A stretch of 63,573 bases of DNA, filler included, from Choristocarpus tenellus KU-1152 (lineage: Eukaryota; Protista; Phaeophyceae), in NCBI GenBank assembly GCA_964200185.2. It is 13 parts of 13 records of this genome, joined end to end, with 100 filler letters (N's around TTAATTAATTAA, not from the genome) between each part and the next. Parts side by side here need not be neighbours in the genome. Positions count along the whole stretch, not along the records: positions 1 to 9,969 come from CAXNAD020003235.1; positions 10,070 to 18,594 come from CAXNAD020004620.1; 11 more parts are not named here. One strand, 5' to 3'. The translations under genes were made by a program, and so were the position numbers. Shown here in pieces: positions 1 through 12,908 of the stretch. The notes beneath the pieces were generated by a model. That model saw only the letters and a program-made list of their open reading frames with translations. It was not told where the DNA came from and did no database searches. Each line of letters opens with the position of its first letter. The stretch's first letter is position 1.

Positions 1-227
1 GGACAGGGGGTGCTTAGAGTTTGTCCAGAAACAGGAGTATCTCCTGCACCTCTTCCTCAATTCTTAGATACACCTCGGTTCTCCATCTCAAAAGGTGACC
101 TGCCCCGAGCCCTGCTTTTCCACAACCCTATCATATCCCCCTTCCACTACATCCCAACAGCCCAAAGCTAGTCTTCCCTCATCCTTCTACAGCTTGACCT
201 ATTCTCTGTCCTTGTCCATGCCCTCAC

Positions 228-2991
228 CTATTCACAGGTATTCCACATGAGCCCCACCCAGCCCGAAGCATCTTTGTGTTGACTGTGCCTGGGTCAAGTG
301 AGTTGCACGTCACCCTAGAAGATGCTACCCTCCTTGCCAGCTCAGCGTTGTACATTATCATCAGGATCTTGGATAGAGAGTAGGCTGCATGGTCGCTGTA
401 GCCCCCTTTCTCAAACTAAGGACCCCATCCCCCAACACATTAGGCCAAGGAAAAAAATGGGTTCACATAAACCCCCATTCATCCAATAAGTCATCACAAT
501 ACAAAGTAGGATTAAGGGGGGGGGGGATGTTAATGTGGATAAGTTGATAAATATTTTGAACTTTTGCTATCTGGATAAATTACTGTCTGTACTGACCATC
601 CAAGAGAATCAGTATCAACCAAATGAAGTGAGACACGAACCATAATGCCACATCATCACACCTGGAGATTATCAAAGTTCACAGAGTAAGCTGCGGAGAT
701 ACTGGCCACATTCACCACCCTGCCGCCACTATCTGGAGCCTTCTCAAGTAGCTTCAATAGGCGGCTTGTGATCACATATGGGGCAAGTACATTGACTGTT
801 CTTGATGGAGGTATATGGCATTCCGGGAGAGATGTGTTTGCCGTAAAATCAAGGACAAGGGTGGGTGGGTGGGTGGGTGGGGGTTACTCCTCTCCTGCTA
901 TACATGACGTTATCAGTTCTGTCAAGATCATGCTTGACCATTTGTGAGAATNNNNNNNNNNGATGATAATGTGGGACATTAAGGATATTTGGGTTAGGGT
1001 ATTTGACCAAAAGTAATCGGCGGACTGTTAGAGTCAGAGTGTTTCTGACGTGGACTAGAGAACTGTTGAGTCATTTGGTATTCTGAGTCATTCAATGTAA
1101 GGATTATTGGTGAGCCCCACCTAGTGAAGGCATCTCACTCTCTTCTCAACTGTGCTACAAGCTAATAAACAATAATATAACTGGTTGTGTGGGACAACAG
1201 ATCGTCAAGGACAGCTTAACAAGTTCTGTGTAGTTCACCTTCTGCACACTCTTTGTTGTGGAGTACTGCTTTGCAAAGGACAAATGAACAATGGCTACAT
1301 TTCCAAGTATTGCATCCAATCAGTAGATACATACGCACACAAAAAATATCTAAAAGCTGCCTCATATGGGAGTGAGTTGTCTGCAATTCCTGCTCTGAGG
1401 ACAAGGCCAGGTGCACCTTTGAACAGCCCAAACGGTGTATTGGTGGAAATGCTCATTACTCTACCATGATGGTCAAGTTGAGGTTGCAGATTTGCAAGCA
1501 AGGGAAGAGATTAATTGGAGTACTACAAGGTTTTGATCAAAGTAGTCTACCACCAGACAGCATAACCCAACCAAACCCAACCACAGGACAAGGGTCTACT
1601 TGCTACCCCCCTCAGCCAGTGTAAGATATTTTGTGGACCTTCTCACTCACCTGCAAATGTGTACTCCACACCATCATCACTGTGGTGCTGCTTGTGCTCA
1701 AAGACTCCTGCAGGAAATTTATGAGGGGAATGGATAGGGGAGGAGATGTGTTGGTTAGTGCATGTTTCAGTGATTCTCACTGTGTGTTGGAGGAAGGTAA
1801 TCTCTCTCAAATATGGCATGCTTCAAGTATAGAGATGTACGCCTGAGTAAATAAATTTGTAGTTTAGTTTCCAATGCAGTGCGACTGCTGCAGTTACATA
1901 ATGAATGTGAGACAGAGACCAATGGCAGTGTGAGGTGTTCAGCATGTATCGCCAGCGATGTACCTCGTCCTGTCGCATTCTGGAGTCCTATATATGTCCA
2001 TGTTCAAGTACCTGTTGCTATATCATGCAACTTCCACAACTGAATGAGAATAGCAAGATGCCAATGCTCAAATTCCTATCTGTTTCAACATCTTTCATTC
2101 ACCCCACCCATGCAGGAGGTGGGATGGGCAACGGATCAGTCTATTTTGCACAACACAGGCATGGTCAGAGTAGTGAATCGAGAAAACCAAGAAAGGAGAT
2201 GGGTGGAAGGGGAGGAAGGGGAGGAAGGGGAGGAAGGGGAAGGCAAAATCATGGTGCATCAAGCTCTACCCAACCTGCATTGTTGATCAAGCAGTCCAGC
2301 CTGTCGGTTGTCGCAAGCACTTGGTCACAGAGACTGTTCATGCCTTTGAGAGAACTAATGTCTGCAACGATCCCCTGCACATTATCACTGCCGGTCTCTT
2401 TCCTCAATGACTGCACCGTATTGTCCACACGGGCTGCTGTTCTGCCATGGACGATAACGCTGGCGGACTCGGCAGCCAGAAGGGAAGCTGTATGACTGGA
2501 GGATTGGTGAGTGGGTGGTAACCCAGAAGGATAGAAGGAAAGATATCGGTAAAATGTAGATCCAATCTAAACGAATTCCGCAAAGAAGGGGTCTGGTGCA
2601 AGAGATTTCTCAACTACATACTATCACCACCTCACCGCCCGATACCGTCTGTAGAACCAGTGACCAGGTAGACCCTATCCTTGAGATCCCTGTTGAGAGT
2701 ATTGAGGGTATCGATTACTCACTTGCACCAAAATTTTGCAAAGTGGTGATTAGTGAGGAGCAATCTCTGCTTACAATTATTATCAGCGTCGTCAGTTATC
2801 AGGCACGACGTTTCCACCTATCATTGAGATGTAGGCCTGCAGTTTAGCAATAAATCCACCACCTTCAAAAGAACTTACGATGATCCTGACATGGTCACGC
2901 CTTTGGTGGCTATCCTAGGATAGGAGAGATGGAACCCTCGACCAGCCTTAATTCCCACCAGTAAGAGAGAGAGTAGATGTCGCGAAATCAT
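228..2991 (-). CDS. Short-chain dehydrogenase/reductase (classical SDR), spliced, 3' end outside window. Exons 2991-2879, 2689-2636, 2495-2275, 1707-1651, 795-662, 415-228
   Basis: GT-AG exons join in phase. They give TGSTDGIG (TGxxxGxG), LINNAGVF, TFAVNVLAP, RVVNVASIS, catalytic YSLSK (YxxxK) and LDPGTVNTKML. Exon 1 MISRHLLSLLLVGIKAGRGFH resembles a signal peptide followed by a Phe-starting transit peptide. Confidence 0.93.
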
Positions 2992-3293
2992 GTTGCCTTT
3001 GACTCAAGATTACACCTACATAAAGTAAAATCAGCATAGTGTGTTCACGTCAAGTGGATCTTACTAGGCTTGGATCTCCGTGATAAATTGCGTTCGGGAT
3101 TAGGGTCTTCCCTCTTGTACCGTTCACCTTTTGATCGTCTTCCCTCAAAGAGTCTTCTGGACTATTTCCTTCTTCCCTTATGAAAGGTTTTGCATTTCAC
3201 TCCAAACCAACCAAACACAAGCAAACAACAAACCAGAGTTCAACACCTCAACACCACATTAAACAGAACCAATACTAGTTCCCAACTCATGTT

Positions 3294-3689
3294 ATGCAAC
3301 TCCCCACTCAGCTCTCAGCAAGAACGTTTTCGTTAACCACATACCTTCTGTGTGAGCATCCCCTTATTCTGTCAATGATGTCGATTCCATCAATAGTAGT
3401 CATTGCAACCAGTTCCCTTGCTTTCAGTGTCTTGGCGTTCGTGCTCTACACCAGTTATGGGTCTCAGGCATTTGTTGCTGCTTCTCCGTTCCTCGTCACA
3501 TTGGGTCTCGTGTTTGCTGTGGCCCACTGCCTCGATCTTCAGCATAATGCAAACGACGAAGGAATAGGCGAACCTCCCGGACCCAGCAAAAACAAAACGA
3601 CGGGAGCTGGCGTGCCATCGAAGGTCGAGGGAGCAGCTGCCTTGGGTCAGACAACAAAAACGAGAGCGCGGAGAAGGACAGCGGACTGA
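3294..3689 (+). CDS. Possible small two-transmembrane-helix protein, head-to-head with the SDR gene (true start may be MMSIP near 3376)
   Basis: 131-codon ORF with two hydrophobic segments (IVVIATSSLAFSVLAFVLY; AFVAASPFLVTLGLVFAVA) and a charged tail. It starts about 300 bp from the SDR ATG. No family recognised. Confidence 0.4.
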   Translation: MQLPTQLSARTFSLTTYLLCEHPLILSMMSIPSIVVIATSSLAFSVLAFVLYTSYGSQAFVAASPFLVTLGLVFAVAHCLDLQHNANDEGIGEPPGPSKNKTTGAGVPSKVEGAAALGQTTKTRARRRTAD

Positions 3690-4429
3690 AGAGTGGCGTG
3701 TGTGTCCAACATCCTCACTGAGACTTTCAATTTTCTATGGTATAAAACAATGAAGGAAGGATGTCTCGGTTAGGGACGTCTCCATAAAAATTCGGGAAAA
3801 AGGTGGAACATAAGATGGATTTACGGTAGCCGGGGAATTGACATATTTATCGTGCGATGATGCGTATGTGTTTTTAAGCGCTAAGAGTGATGAATAGGTA
3901 GCATCAGAAGCTTGATGGATGACACATGGCTTGCTGTGGGTTGGCTTGTCTAGGTGCACTCTAGAAGTACTCCGGGTAAATGGAACACGAGGTGTGTTGG
4001 AGGTGTTTTGCCAAGCCATTGGTCGAATGCTAAATATGACGTCCGATCCTCCTCGAAGTTATGTAGTGCAATAAACATCACAAGCTCCCTACTGCTTTTG
4101 TTGATGACCAACTGCTACATAATTTCCAGAAGTACCATGGCCTGTGCAGTCAGTCAACTGGGTATGGATTAGTCACTGACTTTGAAACATCACATTTGTT
4201 CTTGGCCTTAGAAAAGCTTTCATTTTCTAAACAGGTCGAGTATAAAGTTAGATTGAGCGTTCCTCCCTTATATAAACTCTAAGGAAGCGTCAGATGTCAG
4301 CCCTCGACTCGGTAGTCTTTTTTGTTGTCCTCTCATCCCCATGGTTCACTTTCTGCTGCTTTGTCATAAGATCAACCTGGGTCGTGTCAGGATTTTTGTA
4401 ATTTTTATCTCACCATTTGCCTTTCTTGC

Positions 4430-5960
4430 TATCATTCTCTGGTCGCCAAAGGGCATGTTGGCCAAATCGTTTGACACCACATTAATTTTATCGTGATACT
4501 CACTCTCACTGTCCTCAGCGTACCTGGATAAACACTTTTCTCATTACGTGGAACTATATTCAATGAACGGTGTGTTTTCTGGCCCCAATGCTCCACAGTG
4601 GGCACAACATACACTGAACGCGAACTCCAAGAGCTTGACTGGGAAAAAAAAGTACCTCTATTCATGTTTTTCATGAACCTACAGAAATAATGTGAATCTA
4701 TTGATCGTGATCTCCTTCAGTCTGTGCATGCGAACTTTGGAGTGCCGGACAAGATTATTTTAGTTACGTACCAATTGCATAATGAGAGGGCACAGACTAG
4801 TTTGAGGTTTGGACAGTTCTTGCTATCATCCCCTTTGACATCTTCTGCACTGCAATGCTATGTGTAGCAGTTGAGGAGTTCACCGTTGACCGAGCCATCT
4901 CCTAGAGTCTTACTGTCATAAAATGAGTAGCCACGAAAACCACCTTAAATGAGTAAGAACAAAGATTGGAACAACCCTTAAGCAGGTTCTGTTAGATGTG
5001 CTTTTTGCTGATGATGTGGGCAATTTGTCTAAGATCCAAAGGGATTTGACCAGGGTGATGATGGGGATTGTGAGGGTGGCCATGTCATTCAATCTGACCA
5101 TGTCTGAGCTGAAGATGGAGACCATGTGTCTTCGTCCTCTTGTCAAAGGGTGACTGCAGACATAAACACCTTGAGGCTGCAGATATCATGCATATCCAAG
5201 CTGTAGGCTAGATTTACTAGTACACTGATAAATTAGTGAACCTTGGAGGCACCATTGGTGATGAAGCTGCTGCCATTGCTGAGATCAGCTGAAGGATCCA
5301 GAAAGCTTGGAGTTGTTTTGTAGAATACATGTTTCTTCATGGCAGCACCTCAGGTATGTCACTTCAGCTTCAGATATGATTCCTAAATACTACAGTATTT
5401 GAGTTTCTTTTGTATGGTTGTATGTTAGGGGCATCCTGCCAGGTTTGCTTTATGAAGCATCACTCCCATCACCACAATTCCTCTGGCATTGCATGGATTT
5501 CATAAATTGGAACGCACCAATCATGCACTATCCCACAAAGATGCTCTTGTGAAGACTGGGTGTGAGAATATCGAGGTGACTGTGCTCCAATGGAGAGTAT
5601 TTCTTTTGTTTCCAAAATGTTTTACCTCGATTGTTTGCACCATGTATATACTTCGGGTATCTATGCAATGGGTTAGTGATGTACATGGGTGATTAGAGCC
5701 TTCCCAAGGTTTTAATATTTGGGGAGCACACATATGGAAACACAAGGTAAGGTGGATAGGAGAAGAACAGTTGTATGAGCCTGGAACATGACCTTTAGAA
5801 GTTTAGGATTAAGGTTGAGGAATGGAACATGAGGGCAACAACCAACAAAGGTGGTATGAGTGTGTCACTTGAGGCACAATGAGCTTCATGTTGGAGTAGT
5901 ATTCCAAGGAAGTTGTAATAGGTGATGTGCATCATGCTAAAGCAGCAGCTATGGTCGCAC
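4430..5960 (+). mobile_element. Degenerate RTE-clade non-LTR retrotransposon (reverse transcriptase and C-terminus), 5'-truncated
   Basis: Read-through translation gives ERCVFWPQCSTV..RELQEL..VPLFMFFMNLQK..SIDRDLL..FGVP (QCGFRP/FIDL.KAYDSVDR-like), VLFADDVG (YADD motif), NLTMSELKMETMCL and LSHKDALVKTGCENIEVTV. Many stops and frameshifts; boundaries approximate. Confidence 0.85.
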
Positions 5961-6786
5961 AACCTAGCAACAGAAGAAGCACCACTGTTTTCTGCGTGCT
6001 GCTTTCTCACTATGTTTTTCCTCTTTGGGTTGATTTTTGTTGCGTCCCTCTATTTTCCCTCCATTTATTTACCTTTGATCCATGTGCATGACAAGTCACG
6101 GATTATTGTTTTTAGCCTTGATGGACATGTTATGTCTCAAGTTTTTTGTCGGTATTAGTTCATTCGTCTAGATTCTATTCATTGCTCTTGTAGACGCACT
6201 GGGTTTTTCTTCCTTTGGCTTTTCTTCTCTCTTCCTTTATTTTTGGACTGCTTTTTCCTTTCTTCTATCATGATGGTTGGATTTCTCCAGCAGTGTATAT
6301 TACCTTCTTATGGAAAAGCACATCTTTCCACTGAAGAAACATTATAATATATAAATTGATTAGGAAAAAGCATTATCACTTTTCTCTGTTCTACAGATTT
6401 TGATATTGAATCTCAGATACTGGTAAGTCAAGGTGGTAAGGATATATGGCAAGAAAAATTAGATGCAATTTCTACCATCATAGAGTTTTCTGTAAGTGAA
6501 TATTATGGAAACAGGATAGCTATGCTAGGAAAAATCAATAAATTTTGGATTACCTTTTTAACCACAGACCTGGGACTCCTCAGATCAATGTAAAGAATAA
6601 TATATATTTACAAAATTACCATAATGGCTCTCAATGGTTTCGTGGAATTGTCTGGTGAGTTTGCTAATGCAGTCCACACAAATGGAAGTAGAATAGCAAA
6701 GACCCTGAATAAAGGGCCTCTTGGATATCGATTTCACTTGATAGAATTATCGTGATTCTATCGCAACATTCACACCAATAAACCTC

Positions 6787-9700
6787 TCACTCAGCAACAG
6801 GTGTAGAGGCAATCCCTCCCTCCCCTAGACTTTCTTCCTCTTCCTCAACTCCCCTCTTGATCTCCCGCACAAAGGTCACCAGCTCTTGCAGGCGCTCACC
6901 CCTAGGCCCCTGCAATGCCTCACGCAATGCTCCTTCCACCCCCGCTGGCCCAGTATAGTCTTTCCAGCCACCTTTGCCTCTGCCCCTGACCATAATAGTA
7001 TCCCCGTCACCTAAATCTGCCCCACGACCAGGACTTGAGGAGGGACTATTTTGCACTGGTGACGCACCATCAAGTTCCACTCTTCGATCCTGCCCACAAC
7101 ATAGCTTATCAAAGGTATCACACCTTGTGTCCTGCTTGAGGACAAAGAGTTCCTTCAGTTCTTCGCGGCTAAATGTCCCTACCCCTCTCCCAGCTCTCTC
7201 CCCTCGAATCCTTGTGTCTACCCCTGCCCCTCTTATCCCCTCTGTACATGTGGCAACCAAATTCAATTTGTTATCACCACCGTCGTCAGATTGGATGAGT
7301 GGAGAGATAACTTCTGGTCCTTCCTTCCCCTTTACCAGAACCCTGCCCTTGGAACTGCCAGGGTTTTGACACACCTGGTTCTCGAGGACTCCCTCTCTGT
7401 CTGTACCTTTTCCCTTTTGAATTACATTGTACAGGGCACCCTTGACAATCTGCCTCTGGTAGATGCTCTCCTCCAGAGTTCCTGTGCTGAGTAGGCGGTA
7501 AAAGGTCACTTCCTTGACCTGCCCGATCCGCCACACCCGGGCCATGGTCTATCCATATATCCAGCAAGGTTAACAGGAGAGAAGGGAGAGGGGCGTAGAT
7601 CAAATAGACCAGTAGGAAGAGGGTAAGATTCAAGATTCATGATTGCATTGTGTGGGATGTAATCATGGCTTGGAATAGCATGGTGTCAGGAGGGAATAGC
7701 ATGAGGCTGGTGGACAGGCACTTGGAACCTTGGGTTCATACCCCCTCAACAAAATGATTTCTTATATTGCATTCTCGCGCCTCATGGCTCGGTGGAAAAT
7801 GAAGAGTGTTCACTGCATTGATTTCACTGGTTGGAAGTTTCGACATGCCAGATTTCTTTATATGGCAATCTGGTTTTGATGATCCCAAATCCACATGGCA
7901 AGCACCACAGATTGTACATTCGAAATCTCTCATCTGTTCATATCCCACAAAGACGTCAGAAACCTGAAACAGCAACGCAAAGTATTCATTACCAAGTGAT
8001 TCTGAGGTGGGTCCGGGACAATATTCAAGGGATGAGGTGGAGAGATTAGCAACAGAGTCAAGGCATTTAAGAGGGTAGGGCCACGTCCATTTGGGGTCCA
8101 AAACCCAATTTTGCGATTTTGATGTAATTTTGGCTATCGTGTTTGCTAGCAAGTGTCAATATCCTTGCTCCAGACACACCTTTCATAGTCATATACATTT
8201 TAGGTGACTGCATTCACACAGAAAGCCAAAAAAGGGCATAAAATAAAACGTGGCAAGCTAAATCCTGAATGAACAAACAGGGCAAAACTCCCACCCTCTT
8301 AAATGCTTTGGGTCAACATCCAAGAAGCAAGGGATGAATGGAGGCAGCGTGGTGTACAGTGTTTCCGACAACAGGCCAGTATGGTCCCCAGGGCAAAGTG
8401 GCAAATACAAAAAAAGATAAATACAACAATAATAATAAAAATATGGTGACAAAATTATGATATTGTTAAAGGGGAAGGTGTGCAGAGTAGTAGTGAAGGA
8501 TGGGTAGAGGCAAGTGAATGCAATGCATTGCTTACCTGGTCATCCGTGGCGGGGTTCCAATCTGAATCAAAGAGGACCACTCGGTTTGCTCCAACCCTTA
8601 AATGAGTGAGTTCAAGGGGGGGAAGAAGTAGAACGTATCAATGCGCTTCTTGTTTTGTGCAGAGTACATCACAACTTGATTTGTCAGTTTCTCGTGTTTC
8701 TAGCACACACAAGAATAAACTATTGTACCGTTAACAGTAGCCTAATCGGGTACATGCGGTCAAGCTCTGTGTTGCTAGTATGTGCTCAACTACTTCAGCA
8801 GGAGAGCGCGCCAAATATTTTGTGACCAATGGAGGCGTCTAACACTGTTCAACCTCTTGCTATTTCCAGATAGATAATCGGGCTAGATATTACAGAAATG
8901 GGATCAAGTCCACCGCTCATGCTTGTTTAATAGAATCATGAGGGATGACCTTGCACTGTAGCAAATAAATTCTCATTACTGTATCATTGCTAAAGCGTTT
9001 AGAGGAAGGATTTGGGTGGAGGGGTCAGTGATCTCACAAAGCCGACATACACAGACACACACATACAAAACCTTCACCATAACAAGCCACTGAAGCAGGC
9101 AATGACGTGGGATAATATGTGTTTCGTCGTACAAAAGCCCAGACCAAGTTTTCCAGAGTAAAAATCAACGCCCAAGACCACCATATTCTATGCAGGTAGG
9201 TGTACACCGGCAAACCCCAATTCACCAGAAGAAAAAGAAAAATCACTGTGATAACAAGTCATTCAAACAGATGCCCTCCGGTGTACACACAGGTTGAGCC
9301 CCACGCCACCAGCCTTCGCAGAGAGAAGGAAGAGGAATAAGTCCTTGGGATCGGCCCTGTTGAAGCGATCGACTAGAGACTGGCGAAGCTGTGTGGTGGT
9401 GCCCCCATCCAATCGCAGGAAGCCCCAACCCCGGCGGTTTGCCATGCACTCCAGGACGTTCAGGGTTGAGGTGAAATTGGATGAGAGGACCACCTGGGCC
9501 ATTTCAACAAATTCCACACAAACGCACACAATTACACCTAAAGTTAGGAGGAGTTTCGACCTTGTGCTTACGTGATTATTTTAATTTCATTCTTTTTTTG
9601 GACTAGGAGGGCTTATAGACCTACTTGTACATTTTCCACCGATTCCAAGTGCTCTATTTTTCAAAAAAGGCGATCATAGTTCGAGCATGCAAGTTGATCA

Positions 9701-9969
9701 AGCCCCCTCACTCCCCCCCGTCACCTAAAAACCTCAAAAAACTATCTCATAGAACTGTACAAGGCAAAAAAATGCACAAAAAACCTATTGGACAATGTCA
9801 CCTTGTCGTCAGGACTGCCCTTCTGAACCGCCTCTAGCAACCCTTCCAATACTTCCAGCTTGCCAGAGTCGAGAGTCTTGTACCCAGGCGGGGGCGCCGG
9901 AACCTTCTTAGGCAATCCTCCAGCCCTTGCCCCTACTCGCGTACCCTTTGTGGCTCTATGTTTTTGCAA
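6787..9969 (-). CDS. RAD54: RAD54-type SNF2 helicase/translocase, C-terminal part. Exons <9969-9802, 9493-9291, 8596-8536, 7548-6787; 5' part lost at the gap
   Basis: In-phase GT-AG exons give [92 protein letters not shown], typical of the RAD54/RAD54B helicase C domain. Confidence 0.92.
8055..8314. mobile_element. MITE family B (about 260 bp), in a RAD54 intron
   Basis: Imperfect TIRs of consensus GAGTCAAAGTATCTTAGAGGGTA; 4-bp TSD AACA/AACA; internal homology to the other B copies. Confidence 0.88.
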
Positions 9970-10069
9970 NNNNNNNNNNNNNNNNNNNNNNNNNNNNNNN
10001 NNNNNNNNNNNNNTTAATTAATTAANNNNNNNNNNNNNNNNNNNNNNNNNNNNNNNNNNNNNNNNNNNN
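9970..10069. other. Artificial scaffold linker (N-run, TTAATTAATTAA, N-run; about 100 bp). 12 copies, also starting near 18595, 26425, 32902, 37734, 40620, 43551, 46225, 50353, 54277, 57081, 60895
   Basis: The same 12-mer with stops in all six frames is always centred in N runs. Confidence 0.98.
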
Positions 10070-10358
10070 ACGAGGATATTAGGAAATTGGACCTTTTAAA
10101 AAAAAAAAACCCAACGAAACAAGAGAAAAAAAATAATGCAAAAAAAATTCAATTTTAATATATTTGTTCCAATTTCTAACCCTAACTAACCCTAAAATAG
10201 CAAAAAAAAAATGCATTGGGAGAACTACATCGAATTTTGAGCAACTCGACGTAACCTCATTGTGTTTTATTTTTTTGCGTTTTCTTTATTTTGTTTTCTG
10301 TTTTATTTTTTTCTTGTTGAAGGTATTGTGCTTTGGGTTTTCATGTGCACAGTCCTCA

Positions 10359-10389
<31 letters not shown>

Positions 10390-12356
10390 ATTAGAGCCAG
10401 TTCATTTCTGAACGAAATACGACCATTATTTTTATTTTTGGGGTCGTTTCATTCCCCCCCCCCAAAAAACAAACAAACAGGGATTCTTTTTTCCGGTGTG
10501 TCCCCGAAAGATGTTTAAATCTAGACTTTCATTATTTTTCTTTGGAGTCAGTTCATTCCCAACGCTTACTGTAATAGGGGGACAGAGGCTCTCTATTTTT
10601 TGTATTTTTTGTATTTATTGTATTTATTGTATGAATGCATTATCTTTTTTGTGGACTTGTGTTGGAAAAAAAAATTCTGAGTAATTTAAGATGTTCTTGT
10701 TCCCCTGTCTTAGTTGATACTGATATGATGGTGCTCTTGTCATATCTACACCCTGCTGTGGTGGTGAAACTATTATCAAGAACGTAATAATAATAATAAT
10801 AGTAGTAGTAGGTACGACTCTCCATACGCTGCTTGTTTGGGAAAACTTCAACGAGAAGTGTCGGTCAGTCAGTTTAAAGTCAGTTTAAATCCATTCTCCC
10901 TCTGCTTCCCTTCCATCACTATTCCTTCAATGCTGTGTATCCACCATTCCCTTCCCTCCCTCCCCTCCCTCTCCCCCCCCCTCCCTCATTTATATATATA
11001 TATATATGTGAAATAGTCATTCTCTAAAGCTCTGGATTGTGCCCTCGAAGAGTTGGCCACAGAGTCTCCATTGAATGCAATGAATGCGCTGTTGCTTACA
11101 AGGATAGCTGGTGCGGTGGCGGTGATTGCGGTGACTGTGGCTCTGGTGGATGCTCTGTGGTGACATTTGGTGCTATGGGGCCCTAGTTGATGTTTTTGAA
11201 ATAGGTTCTCGGGTTAGTCTTTAGTCAACAGTACAGTATGGTATGGTATATGACCTAAGGGAAAAAAAACTGTTGGTGGTATATAGATAACAATTACTCA
11301 AACTGTTCAATGTTAAATGTATAGTGTCATACCGCTCTCCCGAATGCTGGTTTCCAAGGCGGCTGGCTGTACCTGGGAAGTTTCTGGATTAGTGAGTGGC
11401 CCACTGGGCTACTATGCTTCTATTCTAGAATGTTCTATTTTGTTGCTTGAGTGGTAGTTCTAAGGGATGGTTGCCATCAAGAGCAGCACCCCTTTATCTG
11501 TCCATGATATATACTTGTTTCCCCAGGAGTCAGGGAAGAAAAAAAAAGGTGATACATCAAGCGATAGGCTGTGGAATTTTCCGGGATGTTTTTCGTGGTA
11601 CTGCAGCGGAAGTGTTGTGATTTGTTTTTCATCTGTCTGTATTACGTCGATGCATTGGTTGTGGATGGATCGATTGAAGGTTGACTTCTAAGAATTTTGC
11701 GTTTTTTTTGTTTTTCTTTCTTTTTATTTTTGACTGCAGTGGTCCCACCTCGATTATTAATGGAATGGGTCTTGCATTTTTTTTTCTTAGTGTGTGTCGG
11801 TGTTGTTTTGAGAAAAATTTCGTAGTTATGATGCCTCTTACAGTACTGAGACGCTGAGAAAATTCATGCGGTTCTAATTATGTTCTTAGAAGTTTTCATG
11901 CCGGCAGGAAAGATGTCAACCATAATAATAATAATGAATATCTGAAAGCGATTTTTTTGTGGGCACACGCAGCAACCATCTAGTGTCGATCACTCACATA
12001 GCATTATCAAAGGAAATAGTTACTGGGTTTTTGACTGCAAGGGACCTCTCAGTGAGTAGGGTTAGGGTTAGGGTTGGGTTTTCGAGATTCAAAAGAGCGC
12101 TTCGGTCCAGTGAGTAGTCTGTACAGGTGGAGATTAAGGGACTCTCAAAAGAGAGAGTGCATAATAGTATTTTCAAGGGGTATTTTGGTATGAGGTCTAC
12201 CATTGCATGAGATCGATTGATTGTTGCGACCAATCAAACAACAGATATTGATGGAACCGTAAGTACGACAAGACAGTATGGACATGGAACTGCTCTGAGA
12301 AAGGGCAGACCAGCAAGGTAAGGACGGGCGTGGGACAGACTGAAAATCAGAATGGA

Positions 12357-12544
12357 GGCTCAAAGTATCTGGGGGCGGGGGGGGGGTGGCGACTGTCCAT
12401 TTGGGGCCCATTGTTCCATATCGCAATTTTTGGGTGATTTGGTTGCATGTATCGGATGGATAATGTAAGTGCACGTTTCCTGGTCAGGGCCCAAATTGAC
12501 ACCCTGGTGTAGACCCTGCCCCCCCTCCCCAGATACTTTGAGCC
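12357..12544. mobile_element. MITE family A (188 bp)
   Basis: TIRs GGCTCAAAGTATCTGGGG...CCCCAGATACTTTGAGCC; TSD TGGA/TGGA. Confidence 0.92.
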
Positions 12545-12908
12545 TGGACAACTCTCCCTTCAGCAAACAGCGTTAACAACAATACTTCATATTACATACT
12601 CAAAGGAGACGGTGCTTGGTGTCATTCTTGCTGCTGAAGTGGGTATAGATAGTTCGCTGTTCAACACAAGCGAGACTGAGTCCTGAAGAAGAAGAGGAGA
12701 AAATCAGGTAGATTAGATGAGGGGGTGCAAGATACAATTAAGGCAGCAGGTATGCTTTATTGACAAATCAGGTGTGCACTCCTTGTACCTCCACATTGCA
12801 TCCATTCCATGCATACACGGATCATTGCACTAGCAACCACGTAGTTAGATTTGGATGTATCTTGTTTCTTATGTTTTTTTCTTGCTACTACTTTTTTTTT
12901 ATGAATTA

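Noticed and set aside
1935-2495. 186-aa plus-strand ORF with RGG repeats
   Set aside because: It is antisense to an SDR exon, and the RGG run comes from an intronic GGAAGGGGA microsatellite.
10014-10025. Recurrent palindrome TTAATTAATTAA as a biological motif
   Set aside because: It is always centred in N runs of near-constant length, so it is an assembly linker. ORFs ending in XXXLIN are artefacts.
10176-10200. CTAACCCTAA motifs as a telomere (also 12057-12080)
   Set aside because: Only two or three imperfect interstitial units.
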